Below, in pieces: positions 54,244 to 63,912 of a stretch of 64,000 nucleotides of DNA. Each line of letters opens with the position of its first letter. Position 1 is the first letter of the stretch. Both the position numbers and the translations under genes were made by a program. The DNA comes from Candidatus Staskawiczbacteria bacterium (GTDB taxonomy: Bacteria; Patescibacteriota; Minisyncoccia; Minisyncoccales; Staskawiczbacteraceae): NCBI GenBank assembly GCA_903928565.1, contig CAIYRH010000010.1:41614-105613 (forward strand), given 5' to 3'. Below the pieces are notes generated by a model, which did no database searches, was not told the origin of the DNA, and saw only the letters and a list, made by a program, of their open reading frames with translations.

Positions 54244-56196
54244 ATGTCAAAAATATTAGGAATTGATTTGGGGACAACTAACTCAGCTATGGCCATTGTG
54301 GAAGGTGGCGATGCTAAAATTATTGAAAATAAAGAAGGGGCACGAACAACGCCTTCTATTGTTGCAATATCAAAAAATGGTGAGCGAACAGTTGGAGTTT
54401 TGGCAAAAAGACAGGCCGTTACAAACCCGCAAAATACAATTTTTTCAGTTAAAAGGTTAATTGGAAGAAAATTTTCCGACCCAGAAGTGCAGAAAGATAA
54501 AAAAACTTTGCCTTACGAGATTAAAGAATCGGCTGACGGCGGAGTAGATGTTAAAATGGGTGACAAATGGCTTAATCCGGCAGAAATTTCGGCAATGATT
54601 TTGCAAAAATTAAAAGCCGACGCCGAAGCCAAACTTGGTGAAACAATTACCGACGCCATTATAACTTGCCCAGCATATTTTGATGATTCGCAAAGAAAGG
54701 CTACGAAAATTGCAGGAGAAATTGCCGGCTTTAATGTAAGAAGAGTTATAAACGAGCCAACTGCTGCTGCTTTGGCCTATGGATTAAACAAAAAGAAAGA
54801 CGAAAAAATTGTAGTTTACGACTTTGGTGGTGGAACTTTTGATGTTACTGCAATGGAAATTGTGGCTTCAGAGGGCGAAGATAAAGAGCAACAGGGTAGT
54901 ATTGAAGTTAAATCAACCGGTGGCGACACGCACTTGGGTGGCGACGACTTTGACCAAAAAATTATGCATTGGATTGTTGCCGAATTTAAAAAAGAAAGTG
55001 GAGTTGATCTTTCAAAAGATAATTTGGCTTTGCAACGCATTAAAGAAGCTGCCGAAAAAGCAAAAATTGAATTGTCTAGCAGTTTAGAAACTCAAATTAA
55101 TTTACCATTTATTACTTCGGATCAAAATGGCCCAAAACACTTAGACTTAAAATTAAAGCGCGCCGAATTTGAAAACATGGTGCAAGACGACATAGACAGG
55201 TCTATTAGTTTATTAAAGCAAACTCTAAAAGAATCGGGTTGGGATGTTAAAGATGTAAACGAAATTGTTTTGGTGGGTGGGCAAACAAGAATGCCAAAAA
55301 TTCAAGACGAAATTAGAAAACTTTTTGGCAAAGAACCAAACAAAGAAGTTAACCCCGACGAAGTTGTGGCAATTGGAGCCGCCACTCAAGGTGGAATTAT
55401 GGAAGGAACCGCCGGTAAAGATGTTTTGTTGTTAGATGTTACTCCATTATCTTTGGGAATTGAAACTTTTGGTGGAGTAGACACAATTTTAATTTCAAAA
55501 AATACAACTGTGCCAACTTCAAAAAACCAAACCTTCTCAACTGCCGCAGACAGCCAACCAAGTGTGGAAATTCACGTTTTGCAAGGTGAAAGGCCAATGG
55601 CAACCGACAACAAAACATTGGGCAGGTTTATGCTAGATGGCATTCCGCCCGCACCACGAGGCATTCCGCAAATTGAGGTTTCTTTTGACATTGATGCTAA
55701 TGGAATTTTGAATGTTTCGGCAAAAGACAAGGCAACAGGCAAATCGCAGTCAATTAAAATTGAAGGTTCTTCGGGAATTTCAAAAGATGAAGTTGAAAGA
55801 ATGAAAAAAGATGCCGAAATGCACGCCACCGACGACAAAAAGAAACAAGAAGCCATTGAGGCAAAAAATACTGCCGATGCCTTGGTGTACACTTGCGAAA
55901 AAACACTTAAAGATTCTGCCGACAAAATAAAGCCAGAAGACAAAAAAGAAGTGGAAGACAAGATTGGTGCCTTGAAAGAAGCACAAAAAGGTGATAATAT
56001 AGAAGAAATTCAAGCAAAGACTAAAGATTTATCGGAAAGCATGCAACGCGTTGGGGGAGAGTTATACAAGCAAGAACAGGCTCAAACGAACCCAGACGAA
56101 AAAGATATTCCACCCGCCTCCGGCGAAGGCTCTGGCGAGGCAAAGAAAGATGACGAACCAAAAGCCGAAGAAGGAAAGTTTACTGAAGAAAAATAG
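54244..56196 (+). CDS. dnaK: chaperone DnaK (Hsp70)
   Basis: [27 protein letters not shown] and a C-terminal Glu/Lys-rich lid. Confidence 0.97.
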   Translation: MSKILGIDLGTTNSAMAIVEGGDAKIIENKEGARTTPSIVAISKNGERTVGVLAKRQAVTNPQNTIFSVKRLIGRKFSDPEVQKDKKTLPYEIKESADGGVDVKMGDKWLNPAEISAMILQKLKADAEAKLGETITDAIITCPAYFDDSQRKATKIAGEIAGFNVRRVINEPTAAALAYGLNKKKDEKIVVYDFGGGTFDVTAMEIVASEGEDKEQQGSIEVKSTGGDTHLGGDDFDQKIMHWIVAEFKKESGVDLSKDNLALQRIKEAAEKAKIELSSSLETQINLPFITSDQNGPKHLDLKLKRAEFENMVQDDIDRSISLLKQTLKESGWDVKDVNEIVLVGGQTRMPKIQDEIRKLFGKEPNKEVNPDEVVAIGAATQGGIMEGTAGKDVLLLDVTPLSLGIETFGGVDTILISKNTTVPTSKNQTFSTAADSQPSVEIHVLQGERPMATDNKTLGRFMLDGIPPAPRGIPQIEVSFDIDANGILNVSAKDKATGKSQSIKIEGSSGISKDEVERMKKDAEMHATDDKKKQEAIEAKNTADALVYTCEKTLKDSADKIKPEDKKEVEDKIGALKEAQKGDNIEEIQAKTKDLSESMQRVGGELYKQEQAQTNPDEKDIPPASGEGSGEAKKDDEPKAEEGKFTEEK

Positions 56197-56233
56197 TTTG
56201 TAGTGAGTAGTTTGTAGACTTTTAAAAGTATTT

Positions 56234-56261
56234 CTACCAACTACCAACTACCAACTACCAA
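56234..56261 (+). repeat. (CTACCAA)x4 heptamer tandem repeat
   Basis: Read directly. Four perfect units end 7 nt before the dnaJ ATG. Confidence 0.95.
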
Positions 56262-56267
56262 CTGACG

Positions 56268-57362
56268 ATGGATTATTACGAGCTTCTTGGGGTGCAGAAA
56301 ACTGCTTCCGAGGACGAAATAAAAAAAGCATTTCACAAATTGGCCCACAAATACCACCCAGACAAAGGCGGAGATGAAAAAAAGTTTAAAGAGATAAATG
56401 AAGCTTATCAGGTACTTTCAGATAAACAAAAAAGAGCTCAGTACGACCAATATGGCAGAGTCTTTGACCAAGGTGGCGCCGATGCTGGCCAAGGCTTTAA
56501 CTGGGCTTGGGGAAACGGTGCACAGGGCGATGGTGCTGAATTTGATATGGGCGACATAGGCGATGTTTTTGAAGAATTTTTTGGCGCCGGAGCATTTGGC
56601 GGAGGCAGAAGGTCTACTAAAAAAGATTCAAGAAAAGGAAAAGACATACAAGTTGACGTTGAATTAAATTTAGAAAGAACATTGAAAGAGTCGGTTGAAA
56701 GAATTAATTTATATAAGCAAGTTATTTGTAACAGATGCGCAGGCGTGGGCGCTGAGCCCGGCACAAAAGTAAAGGAATGTTTTTCTTGCAGAGGAACTGG
56801 ACAAGTTCAACAAGTTAAAAAAACAATTTTTGGGTCTTTTACAACTTTGGGCACATGCCCAGAATGTAAAGGTGAAGGTACAATTCCCGAAAAGCCATGT
56901 AATGTTTGTAAGGGTGAAGGCAGAACAAAAGGGCAAGAAACAATTGAAGTTACAATTCCAGCAGGAATTGACACAAACCAGGTTATAAGAATTGATGGCA
57001 AGGGTGAAGCTGGCAGAAAAGGCGCCAAGGCAGGAAATTTATTTGTGAGAATTTTTGTCAAAAAACATTCTGTATTTGAAAGAAGAGGCGACGACCTATT
57101 TTCTTTTGTAGATGTTAGCTTCCCTCAAGCAGCACTGGGCGATGAAATAGAAATAAAATCTTTAGAGGGCACAAACATTTTGTTGGAAGTTCCTGCAGGC
57201 ACAGAAAGTGGAAAAATTTTAAGAATTTCAGGAAAAGGAATTCCTCATTTTGGAGGATATGGCAAGGGCAACCTATATGTTGAATTTAAAGTTAAGACAC
57301 CCAAAAAATTATCTAGAAAGCAAAAAGAATTATTAGAAAAATTGAAAGAAGAGGGGATGTAA
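56268..57362 (+). CDS. dnaJ: co-chaperone DnaJ
   Basis: J-domain with HPD (KYHPDKGG), a G/F region, and four CxxCxG(x)G zinc motifs. Confidence 0.96.
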   Translation: MDYYELLGVQKTASEDEIKKAFHKLAHKYHPDKGGDEKKFKEINEAYQVLSDKQKRAQYDQYGRVFDQGGADAGQGFNWAWGNGAQGDGAEFDMGDIGDVFEEFFGAGAFGGGRRSTKKDSRKGKDIQVDVELNLERTLKESVERINLYKQVICNRCAGVGAEPGTKVKECFSCRGTGQVQQVKKTIFGSFTTLGTCPECKGEGTIPEKPCNVCKGEGRTKGQETIEVTIPAGIDTNQVIRIDGKGEAGRKGAKAGNLFVRIFVKKHSVFERRGDDLFSFVDVSFPQAALGDEIEIKSLEGTNILLEVPAGTESGKILRISGKGIPHFGGYGKGNLYVEFKVKTPKKLSRKQKELLEKLKEEGM

Positions 57363-57373
57363 CATCCCCATTT

Positions 57374-57445
57374 GCTCCCGTAGCTCAATGGTAGAGCAGT
57401 AGCCTTTTAAGCTATTGGTTCCGCGTTCGAGTCGCGGCGGGAGCA
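57374..57445 (+). tRNA. tRNA-Lys (UUU)
   Basis: Acceptor GCTCCCG/CGGGAGC, D loop AATGGTA, anticodon loop CTTTTAA, T arm CCGCG-TTCGAGT-CGCGG. Confidence 0.92.
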
Positions 57446-57489
57446 CACTTAGGCCCAGTTTTTGTTTAATTTAGTAGCCCTTAAAATTA

Positions 57490-57556
57490 TGCGTTCGCCC
57501 GGTGATGAACACCGGGCGTCGGGTGTTTATCACCCGACGAGTCGCGGCGGGAGCAC
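57490..57556 (+). repeat. second copy of the last 25 nt of tRNA-Lys, split by a 41-nt double-hairpin insert
   Basis: GCGTTCG [CCCGGTGATGAACACCGGGCGTCGGGTGTTTATCACCCGAC] GAGTCGCGGCGGGAGCACA, compared with GCGTTCGAGTCGCGGCGGGAGCACA at 57423-57447. Confidence 0.85.
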
Positions 57557-57558
57557 AT

Positions 57559-57586
57559 TAAAAAACGCCTTTTTGGGGCGTTTTTT
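57559..57586 (+). terminator. terminator
   Basis: A6-CGCC-loop-GGCG-T6. Confidence 0.65.
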
Positions 57587-57724
57587 GGTAAATGGGGCAA
57601 AAGGGGGTCGGACTATTGACATCTTTTATCTAATATGGTAGGGTTGAGTATTAATTGGTTTTTAATAATAATTAACTAAGATAAACTAGTAAAAATAGTT
57701 TAAAGAAAATAAAAAGAAAATAAT

Positions 57725-60061
57725 ATGAAAACAATAAATAAATTAATTGTTGGATGCATATTCTTAACGGTCGGAATTGTTACATTGTACGGAAACGCTG
57801 CAATTGTTTTCGCGTGTAACGGAAGTAATCATTCTTATTTGGGATGTAGCGGAGGATCGGTATATTGGTTCGATTCCTGCGATTTCAAAACAGATCTTTA
57901 CCAGCAATGTGCCGCCGACCAAATTTGTCAGTCTGCACACTGCATAACGGTAAATATTGACTGTTATACTAACGCAGATTGCGGAACCAGCGGTTTCGTA
58001 GGAAGCCCATTCTGCCAAGGAAACTCGGTTTACAAGAATTACAAAACATTTACTTGTAACCATCCTGGTACGTTAGATAGCATTTGTACTGACGCCACAA
58101 CAGCTCAGCTTCAAAATACTTGTTCTGGCAGTCAAACATGTTCTAATGGTAGCTGTAACACAATAGTATGTAGTAACGACTCTCAATGCGGAACAGACGG
58201 TTTCGTAGGAAGCCCATTCTGCCAAGGAAACTCGGTTTACAAAAACTACAAAACATATACTTGTAACAACCCAGGAACATCTTCCAGCTCTTGTACAAAT
58301 TCAACTGCAGCTCAATTGCAAAATACTTGTACTGGAAATCAAACCTGTAGCAATGGAAGTTGTTCAGCCGTGGTTTGTAGCACAAACTCAGATTGCGGAA
58401 CTAGCGGATTTACAGGAAGCCCATTCTGCCAAAATAATGCAGTTTACAAAAACTACAAAACATATACTTGTAACAACCCTGGAACATCTTCCAGCACTTG
58501 TACCAACTCTACAGAGGCTCAATTGCAAAATACCTGCTCAGGTAGCCAAACTTGTAGCAACGGAAGCTGTAATTCAATTGCATGTAGCTCAAATAGTGAT
58601 TGCGGAACCAATTCTTTAACGGGCAATCCTTTTTGCCAAGGTGGAAACGTTTATCAAAATTTCAAAACCTACACCTGTAACAATCCAGGAACATCTTCCA
58701 GCACTTGTTCAAACTCAACTGCAGCTCAGTTGCAAAATACTTGTGCATCGGGACAGACTTGTAGCAACGGAAGCTGTAATACAGTAGTTTGTAGTGCAAA
58801 CAGTGACTGCGGAACAAATGGAAGCACTGGTGGTTTATTCTGCCAAGGAAACAGTGTATATCAAAATTTTATAACTTATACTTGTCACAATCCCGGTACT
58901 TCAACCAGCACCTGTTCTAATTCAACAGCAGCCCAATTGCAAACAACCTGTACTGGAAATCAAACATGTAGCAACGGAAGTTGTAGCGCAATTGCTTGTA
59001 GTTCCAATTCTCAATGTGGAACAAACGGAAGCACGGGCGGCCTATTTTGCCAAGGAAATAATGTTTATCAAAACTTTATAACTTACACCTGTAACAATCC
59101 AGGAACATCTTCCAGCTCTTGTACAAATTCAACTTCGGCTCAATTGCAAAATACTTGTACTGGAAATCAAACCTGTAGCAACGGAAGTTGTTCAAATTCA
59201 TGTACTGCAAATTATCAGCAAAGATGCGTTGGAACAAGCATGTATTGGTTTGATTCATGCGGTTCGCAAGGTAGCTATGTAGGAACTTGTGGAAATAACT
59301 GCACACAAAATTATCAGCAAAGATGCGTTGGAACAAGCATGTATTGGTTTGACTCTTGCGGTTCGCAAGGCAGTTATGTAGGAACTTGTGGGAATAACAA
59401 TAACAACACCACGCTAACTGTTACAAAAATGGTTAGAGACCTTACAACAAATACAACTTTTGCAAATTCAACATATGCCAATCCTTCAGATATGTTGATG
59501 TTCATGATTACTGTGCAAGCCAATGGAAATCAAGATGCTCAAAACATTTCTTTAAGAGACACACTTCCAGCAAACCTTATTTACAACAATCAATTAGTTG
59601 TAGCAAGGTCAAATAACAACAATTACAACAATTACTCGGGTGACATAATGTCTGGTTTGAATTTAAATACAATTTCAGCCGGTCAAACAGTTACCATAAC
59701 ATACCAAACACAAGTAGCCGGCGCAACAGCCTTTGTATTTGGAACAACAACTTTAAGTAACCTTGTAAATGTTACCAGTTCAAACACTGGCTATGTTCCA
59801 ACTGCCTCAGCTTCTGTAATTGTTACAAGAGCGGGCGTGTTAGGAGCTTCAACAGTTTCAACCGGTATAACCGATAATTTCTGGATGGATTCGTTTATTT
59901 TGCCTTTATTGTTAACATTAATGGGCATTTGGATGTGGAAGTCTGGAGTATTCTTTGGAATTGAAAAATGGTTTGATAACAAAAAGAAAATTAGAAGGGG
60001 ACACCAAGCAGAAAAAGAATTCTTGCATAGAATTGCCAATATCCAGAAATCTGGAAAATAA
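57725..60061 (+). CDS. large Cys-rich repeat surface protein with a C-terminal TM anchor
   Basis: Signal/TM N-terminus, six 68-69-aa Cys-rich repeats, two 33-aa repeats, a DUF11-like beta region (TVTKMVRDL...), a TM helix and a basic tail. Confidence 0.85.
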   Translation: MKTINKLIVGCIFLTVGIVTLYGNAAIVFACNGSNHSYLGCSGGSVYWFDSCDFKTDLYQQCAADQICQSAHCITVNIDCYTNADCGTSGFVGSPFCQGNSVYKNYKTFTCNHPGTLDSICTDATTAQLQNTCSGSQTCSNGSCNTIVCSNDSQCGTDGFVGSPFCQGNSVYKNYKTYTCNNPGTSSSSCTNSTAAQLQNTCTGNQTCSNGSCSAVVCSTNSDCGTSGFTGSPFCQNNAVYKNYKTYTCNNPGTSSSTCTNSTEAQLQNTCSGSQTCSNGSCNSIACSSNSDCGTNSLTGNPFCQGGNVYQNFKTYTCNNPGTSSSTCSNSTAAQLQNTCASGQTCSNGSCNTVVCSANSDCGTNGSTGGLFCQGNSVYQNFITYTCHNPGTSTSTCSNSTAAQLQTTCTGNQTCSNGSCSAIACSSNSQCGTNGSTGGLFCQGNNVYQNFITYTCNNPGTSSSSCTNSTSAQLQNTCTGNQTCSNGSCSNSCTANYQQRCVGTSMYWFDSCGSQGSYVGTCGNNCTQNYQQRCVGTSMYWFDSCGSQGSYVGTCGNNNNNTTLTVTKMVRDLTTNTTFANSTYANPSDMLMFMITVQANGNQDAQNISLRDTLPANLIYNNQLVVARSNNNNYNNYSGDIMSGLNLNTISAGQTVTITYQTQVAGATAFVFGTTTLSNLVNVTSSNTGYVPTASASVIVTRAGVLGASTVSTGITDNFWMDSFILPLLLTLMGIWMWKSGVFFGIEKWFDNKKKIRRGHQAEKEFLHRIANIQKSGK
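57962..59200 (+). repeat. six tandem repeats of about 207 bp inside the surface-protein gene
   Basis: Unit: CSxNSxCGTxGxxGxxFCQGNxVYxNxxTYTCNNPGTSSSxCxNSTAAQLQNTCxGxQTCSNGSC. Confidence 0.9.
59201..59398 (+). repeat. two tandem 99-bp repeats
   Basis: CT(A/Q)NYQQRCVGTSMYWFDSCGSQGSYVGTCGNN occurs twice, nearly identical at the DNA level. Confidence 0.9.
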
Positions 60062-60070
60062 AAAAAACGA

Positions 60071-60442
60071 ATGACCAATGAAGAATTTGAAAAATTGGTT
60101 GGCGAGGGCATAGATGCCATTGGTGAAAAATTTCTGTCTCGGTTGAAAAACGTTGAAGTAATTATTGAAGACGACCCAACTCCCCAGCAAATGGAGAAAC
60201 TTAAATTACACAACACCCTACTTTTTGGTTTGTATGAAGGCGTGCCCTTAACAAAACGACAATCTTATGGGCAAGTTTTACCAGACAAAATAACAATATT
60301 TAAAAATTCTATTGAACGGGTTTATACTCGCCCCGAAGATATTAGACAAGCAGTTAAAAACACTGTTTGGCACGAAATAGCTCATCACTTTGGAATGGAC
60401 GAAGAACAGGTGAGGGCCGCCGAACATAAAAGAGACAGCTAA
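60071..60442 (+). CDS. zincin-like metallopeptidase-family protein (DUF1025-like)
   Basis: C-terminal WHEIAHHFG (HExxH) in a 123-aa protein. Confidence 0.75.
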   Translation: MTNEEFEKLVGEGIDAIGEKFLSRLKNVEVIIEDDPTPQQMEKLKLHNTLLFGLYEGVPLTKRQSYGQVLPDKITIFKNSIERVYTRPEDIRQAVKNTVWHEIAHHFGMDEEQVRAAEHKRDS

Positions 60443-60443
60443 A

Positions 60444-60472
60444 TAAAAAATCCCCCTTTGGGGGATTTTTTA
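60444..60472. terminator. bidirectional terminator at the convergent gene junction
   Basis: A6-TCCCCC-TTT-GGGGGA-T6, a perfect hairpin with runs on both sides. It overlaps the recR stop codon. Confidence 0.8.
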
Positions 60473-61102
60473 TTTTCTTCCTTCAAGTGCCGACTCTAAT
60501 GTTTCTTCGTCGGCGTATTCAAGCTCTCCACCAACGGGAATACCACGCGCCAGATGTGTAATTCTTCGATTTGGCTCAGAACCTTCGGTTTTAGTCGCCT
60601 GCCAAACTTCTCTTATTATTTGTTCGACAAGTACAGAAGTTGTCCTGCCTTCTGGTGTTGAGTTTAGCGCTACAATTATTTCTGAAAAATTACTAATAGA
60701 TATTCTTTTTTTAAGTTGTTCAATTCTTAATTGACTAGTTTCTTCTGGGCGCATTGTTGCAATAGTTCCACCAAGGATAAAATATAACCCGCTGTATTTT
60801 TTAGTATTTTCAAGTGACAGTAAATCTGTTTCTTTTTCTACAACGCAAAGTAAATTTTTGTTTCTGGCAGGATTCTGACATATCAAGCAAAGCTTGCCCT
60901 GCGCGGAGTCGAAGGGTTCAAACGGGTTAAAACAATTTTCGCATAATTTTATTTTATTTTTTACTTCTAAAATTGCACTAATTAATTCGTCTACTCTTGC
61001 TTTTGGTAACTTCATTAAATAGTAAACAAAACGGCCGGCTGTTCGTGAGCCAACCGTGGGAAACTTTTTAAACAAATTTATTAATTTTTCAACTGAATCC
61101 AT
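60470..61102 (-). CDS. recR: recombination protein RecR
   Basis: N-terminal helix-hairpin-helix (LINLFKKFPTVGSRTAGRFVYYL), a C4 zinc finger, and a Toprim domain. Confidence 0.92.
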   Translation of the reverse strand: MDSVEKLINLFKKFPTVGSRTAGRFVYYLMKLPKARVDELISAILEVKNKIKLCENCFNPFEPFDSAQGKLCLICQNPARNKNLLCVVEKETDLLSLENTKKYSGLYFILGGTIATMRPEETSQLRIEQLKKRISISNFSEIIVALNSTPEGRTTSVLVEQIIREVWQATKTEGSEPNRRITHLARGIPVGGELEYADEETLESALEGRK

Positions 61103-61108
61103 AATAAT

Positions 61109-62470
61109 TTAATTGCCCTCGCCGGTTTCTGGAGTATATTGGTTTTTATCTAAATTTCTAAAGCTTACACGTTGTTCGTCAAAGTATAAATCAACATTAC
61201 CAACCGGGCCATTTCTGTGTTTTTCAATCATAACTTTTGCCAAATTTGGGTTTAAGCTTGTTTCGTTGTATTTATCTTCTCTATAAATCATAAGCACAAC
61301 ATCGGCATCTTGCTCAATGGCACCAGATTCTCTTAAATCGGAAAGTTTTGGAATGGAGGGTGTACGTTGTTCAACTGCACGCGATAACTGCGAAAGCACT
61401 AACACCGGCACATTCAATTCTTTTGCCAACATTTTTAAAGCCCTGGAATTTTCTGTTACTTGTTGCACCGGCGAGGCAAACCTGTTCATTGGTTCCATTA
61501 GTTGCAGGTAGTCAATTACAATGAGTGAGAGCCCCTTATTGGCCTGTAATCTGCGCGCCATGGCTCTTATTTGCAGAATGTTAACGGAACCCGCATCGTC
61601 TATATATAGAGGTGAATCGGACAAACTCCCCATGGCATGTTGCAAGCGGGAATAGTCGTCTGAAGTTAACCGGCCGTTTCTCAAATTCCATAAATTAATG
61701 TTTGCCAAACTGGCCAAAAGCCTGTCGGCTAATTGGTCTTTAGACATTTCAAGACTAAACAGTCCCACGGGTTTATTTTCCAAAACAGCTACATTTCTGG
61801 CAATGTCTAAAGCTAGTGACGTTTTTCCCATTGAAGGCCTTGCTGCTAAAATTACTAAGTCTGATTTTTGCAAACCTCCTAAAAATTTATCTAAATCAAC
61901 AAAGCCGGTTGGTACTCCTCGCATTGAACCCGCGGTTTTAGAAAGTTCGTCTAGCCTTTCAAAAGTGTCGGCTAAAATATCTTTAATTGGCAGAAAGGAT
62001 TGCGTTAACGAACGTTGCCCAATGCTAAATACAGTTTTTTCGGCTCTATCAAGCAAAATTTCAACCTCTTCTGATTCACTAAATGCGGACAATCCAATTT
62101 CTTCTGAAGCGGAAATTAAATCTCTCAAAATCTTTTTTTGTCTTACAATTTTCCCATAATTGTAAACATGAGTTGCCGTTGGAACAGAATTTATTAATGA
62201 AGTTAAGTATGTTTGGCCACCAATGTCTTCAAGCCTGTTTCTTTCTTTTAATTTTGCAGAAACCGAAAGTATATCAATGGGCTCGGACCTTTCGTAAAGG
62301 TCAACCATTACTTGGTAAATGTCTTGGTGAATACTTTTGTAAAAATCTTCAGCTTTAATTAAATCAACAACTTTTACAATTGCTTCTTTATCTAGCATTA
62401 AGCAACCAAGCAGTGATTGCTCGGCGTCGTTGTTTTGCGGTGGTAGTTTGTCGGGGAGTTCTTTTGCCAT
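61109..62470 (-). CDS. dnaB: replicative DNA helicase DnaB
   Basis: PPQNNDAEQSLLGCLML, ARPSMGKTS (Walker A), and the RecA-like C-terminal domain. Confidence 0.96.
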   Translation of the reverse strand: MAKELPDKLPPQNNDAEQSLLGCLMLDKEAIVKVVDLIKAEDFYKSIHQDIYQVMVDLYERSEPIDILSVSAKLKERNRLEDIGGQTYLTSLINSVPTATHVYNYGKIVRQKKILRDLISASEEIGLSAFSESEEVEILLDRAEKTVFSIGQRSLTQSFLPIKDILADTFERLDELSKTAGSMRGVPTGFVDLDKFLGGLQKSDLVILAARPSMGKTSLALDIARNVAVLENKPVGLFSLEMSKDQLADRLLASLANINLWNLRNGRLTSDDYSRLQHAMGSLSDSPLYIDDAGSVNILQIRAMARRLQANKGLSLIVIDYLQLMEPMNRFASPVQQVTENSRALKMLAKELNVPVLVLSQLSRAVEQRTPSIPKLSDLRESGAIEQDADVVLMIYREDKYNETSLNPNLAKVMIEKHRNGPVGNVDLYFDEQRVSFRNLDKNQYTPETGEGN

Positions 62471-62520
62471 AATAATATATCTTATACATGCCCCAAATTA
62501 AAAGCAAGAGGATAATCTGT

Positions 62521-63912
62521 TTATAAACTTTTTAGGGTAGAACCGTCTTTTGTGTCTTCTACTGTAAAGCCTTTTTTCTCAATTTGAGCTCTTGCTTCGT
62601 CGGCTTTTTGCCACTCTTTATTTTTGCGGTGGAGCTCTCTTAATTTAGCTAATTTTTTTACTTCGGCTGGAATGGCCTTATTAACTTTTTCAAAATTTAT
62701 AATTCCAAAAATTTTATTTATGTTCTGGAATAATTTATAAATTTCCTGCGCTTCTTTTTTAGAAATTAAATTTTGTTCTAACAAAATGTTTGTTTTGCCA
62801 ATAAATTCAAACATAACGGCAAAAGCCTTGGGAGTATTAAAGTCGTCGGCAAGCTCGGCATAAAAACTTTTTTCAAAAGTTTTTGCAAGTTTTAAATTTT
62901 TTGTTACGGCCTTTGCATTCTTTATTTTTCTTAGGAATTCTTCTATTTTATCAGCGGCACTTTTTACTTCTATCATTGCAGACTCAGAATAATCTACTGG
63001 AGAGCTCCACAAATTTTTGACAATAAAAAATCTTAAAAAGTTTGCAGGGCATCTTTTTAAAAGGTCACCAATAGTAATAAAATTTCCCAAAGATTTGCCC
63101 ATTTTTTGGTTGCTAACAGTTAAAAATCCTGTGTGCATCCAATATTTTGCCATAGGTCTTTTGCCAGAAATTGCTTCCATTAGGCTTATTTCGGCCTCGT
63201 GGTGAGGGAATATCAAATCGCGAGCGCCTCCATGAATATCATATTGCGCGCCAAAGAATTTTTCGGTAATGGCGGTGTCTTCAATGTGCCACCCTGGCCT
63301 TCCAGCTCCAAATGGTGCTGGCCAAGAAGGTTCTGATTCGTCAGATGTTTCATTAAATTTCCAGATGCAGAAGTCGCCTCTATTTTTTTTATCTTTGCTA
63401 TAATCTATTCGTGTTACGGCATCTTCTGCACCTAAAGCAGTTCTACCCGCTAATTTACCATAATTTTTAAACTTTTCAATATTATAATAAATTCCATCAC
63501 CCTCAATTTTATATGCATATCCTTTTTCTTCTAACCTTTGTATTTGGCTGATTATCTGTTTTATATAATTAGTAGCTCTGGCATATTTTGAAATGCTATT
63601 AATCCCTAGGGTTTTCATATCTTTTAAGTATTCTATTTCAAAGGCAATTGCCAAGTCTTTTGGTGTAACGCCCTTTTCTCTGGCGCGAGCAATTATTTTG
63701 TCGTCTATGTCGGTAATGTTTTGCAAATAAAAAACATCATATCCTATTTGCCTTAAATATTTTACAAAAGCATCAAAAATAACATAAGTTCTGGCATGTC
63801 CTATGTGAGAATAATCGTAAACTGTTGGTCCGCAAACAAAAAGGTTTATTTTTTTCCCGTGAATTGGTTTTAGGTCGTCTTTTTTCCCCGACAGGGTATT
63901 ATATATTTTCAT
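62521..63912 (-). CDS. cysS: cysteine--tRNA ligase
   Basis: HIGHARTY and KMGKSLGN class I signatures. CGPTVYD N-terminus. Confidence 0.96.
   Translation of the reverse strand: MKIYNTLSGKKDDLKPIHGKKINLFVCGPTVYDYSHIGHARTYVIFDAFVKYLRQIGYDVFYLQNITDIDDKIIARAREKGVTPKDLAIAFEIEYLKDMKTLGINSISKYARATNYIKQIISQIQRLEEKGYAYKIEGDGIYYNIEKFKNYGKLAGRTALGAEDAVTRIDYSKDKKNRGDFCIWKFNETSDESEPSWPAPFGAGRPGWHIEDTAITEKFFGAQYDIHGGARDLIFPHHEAEISLMEAISGKRPMAKYWMHTGFLTVSNQKMGKSLGNFITIGDLLKRCPANFLRFFIVKNLWSSPVDYSESAMIEVKSAADKIEEFLRKIKNAKAVTKNLKLAKTFEKSFYAELADDFNTPKAFAVMFEFIGKTNILLEQNLISKKEAQEIYKLFQNINKIFGIINFEKVNKAIPAEVKKLAKLRELHRKNKEWQKADEARAQIEKKGFTVEDTKDGSTLKSL

Noticed and set aside
56194-56261. CRISPR-like or other repeat-spacer array
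   Set aside because: The repeats are contiguous 7-nt units without spacers, and no cas genes are present. No CRISPR array exists anywhere in the window.
57725-60061. Diversity-generating retroelement target (CPR genomes often carry DGRs)
   Set aside because: There is no reverse transcriptase gene in the window, and no template/variable repeat pair differing at adenines. The repeats are ordinary in-gene tandem duplications.
60443-60470. Strand switch from + to - genes as a replication terminus or dif site
   Set aside because: Only a simple bidirectional terminator hairpin is present and no XerCD-type dif sequence was seen. One convergent junction is insufficient evidence, and GC skew could not be computed reliably by eye.
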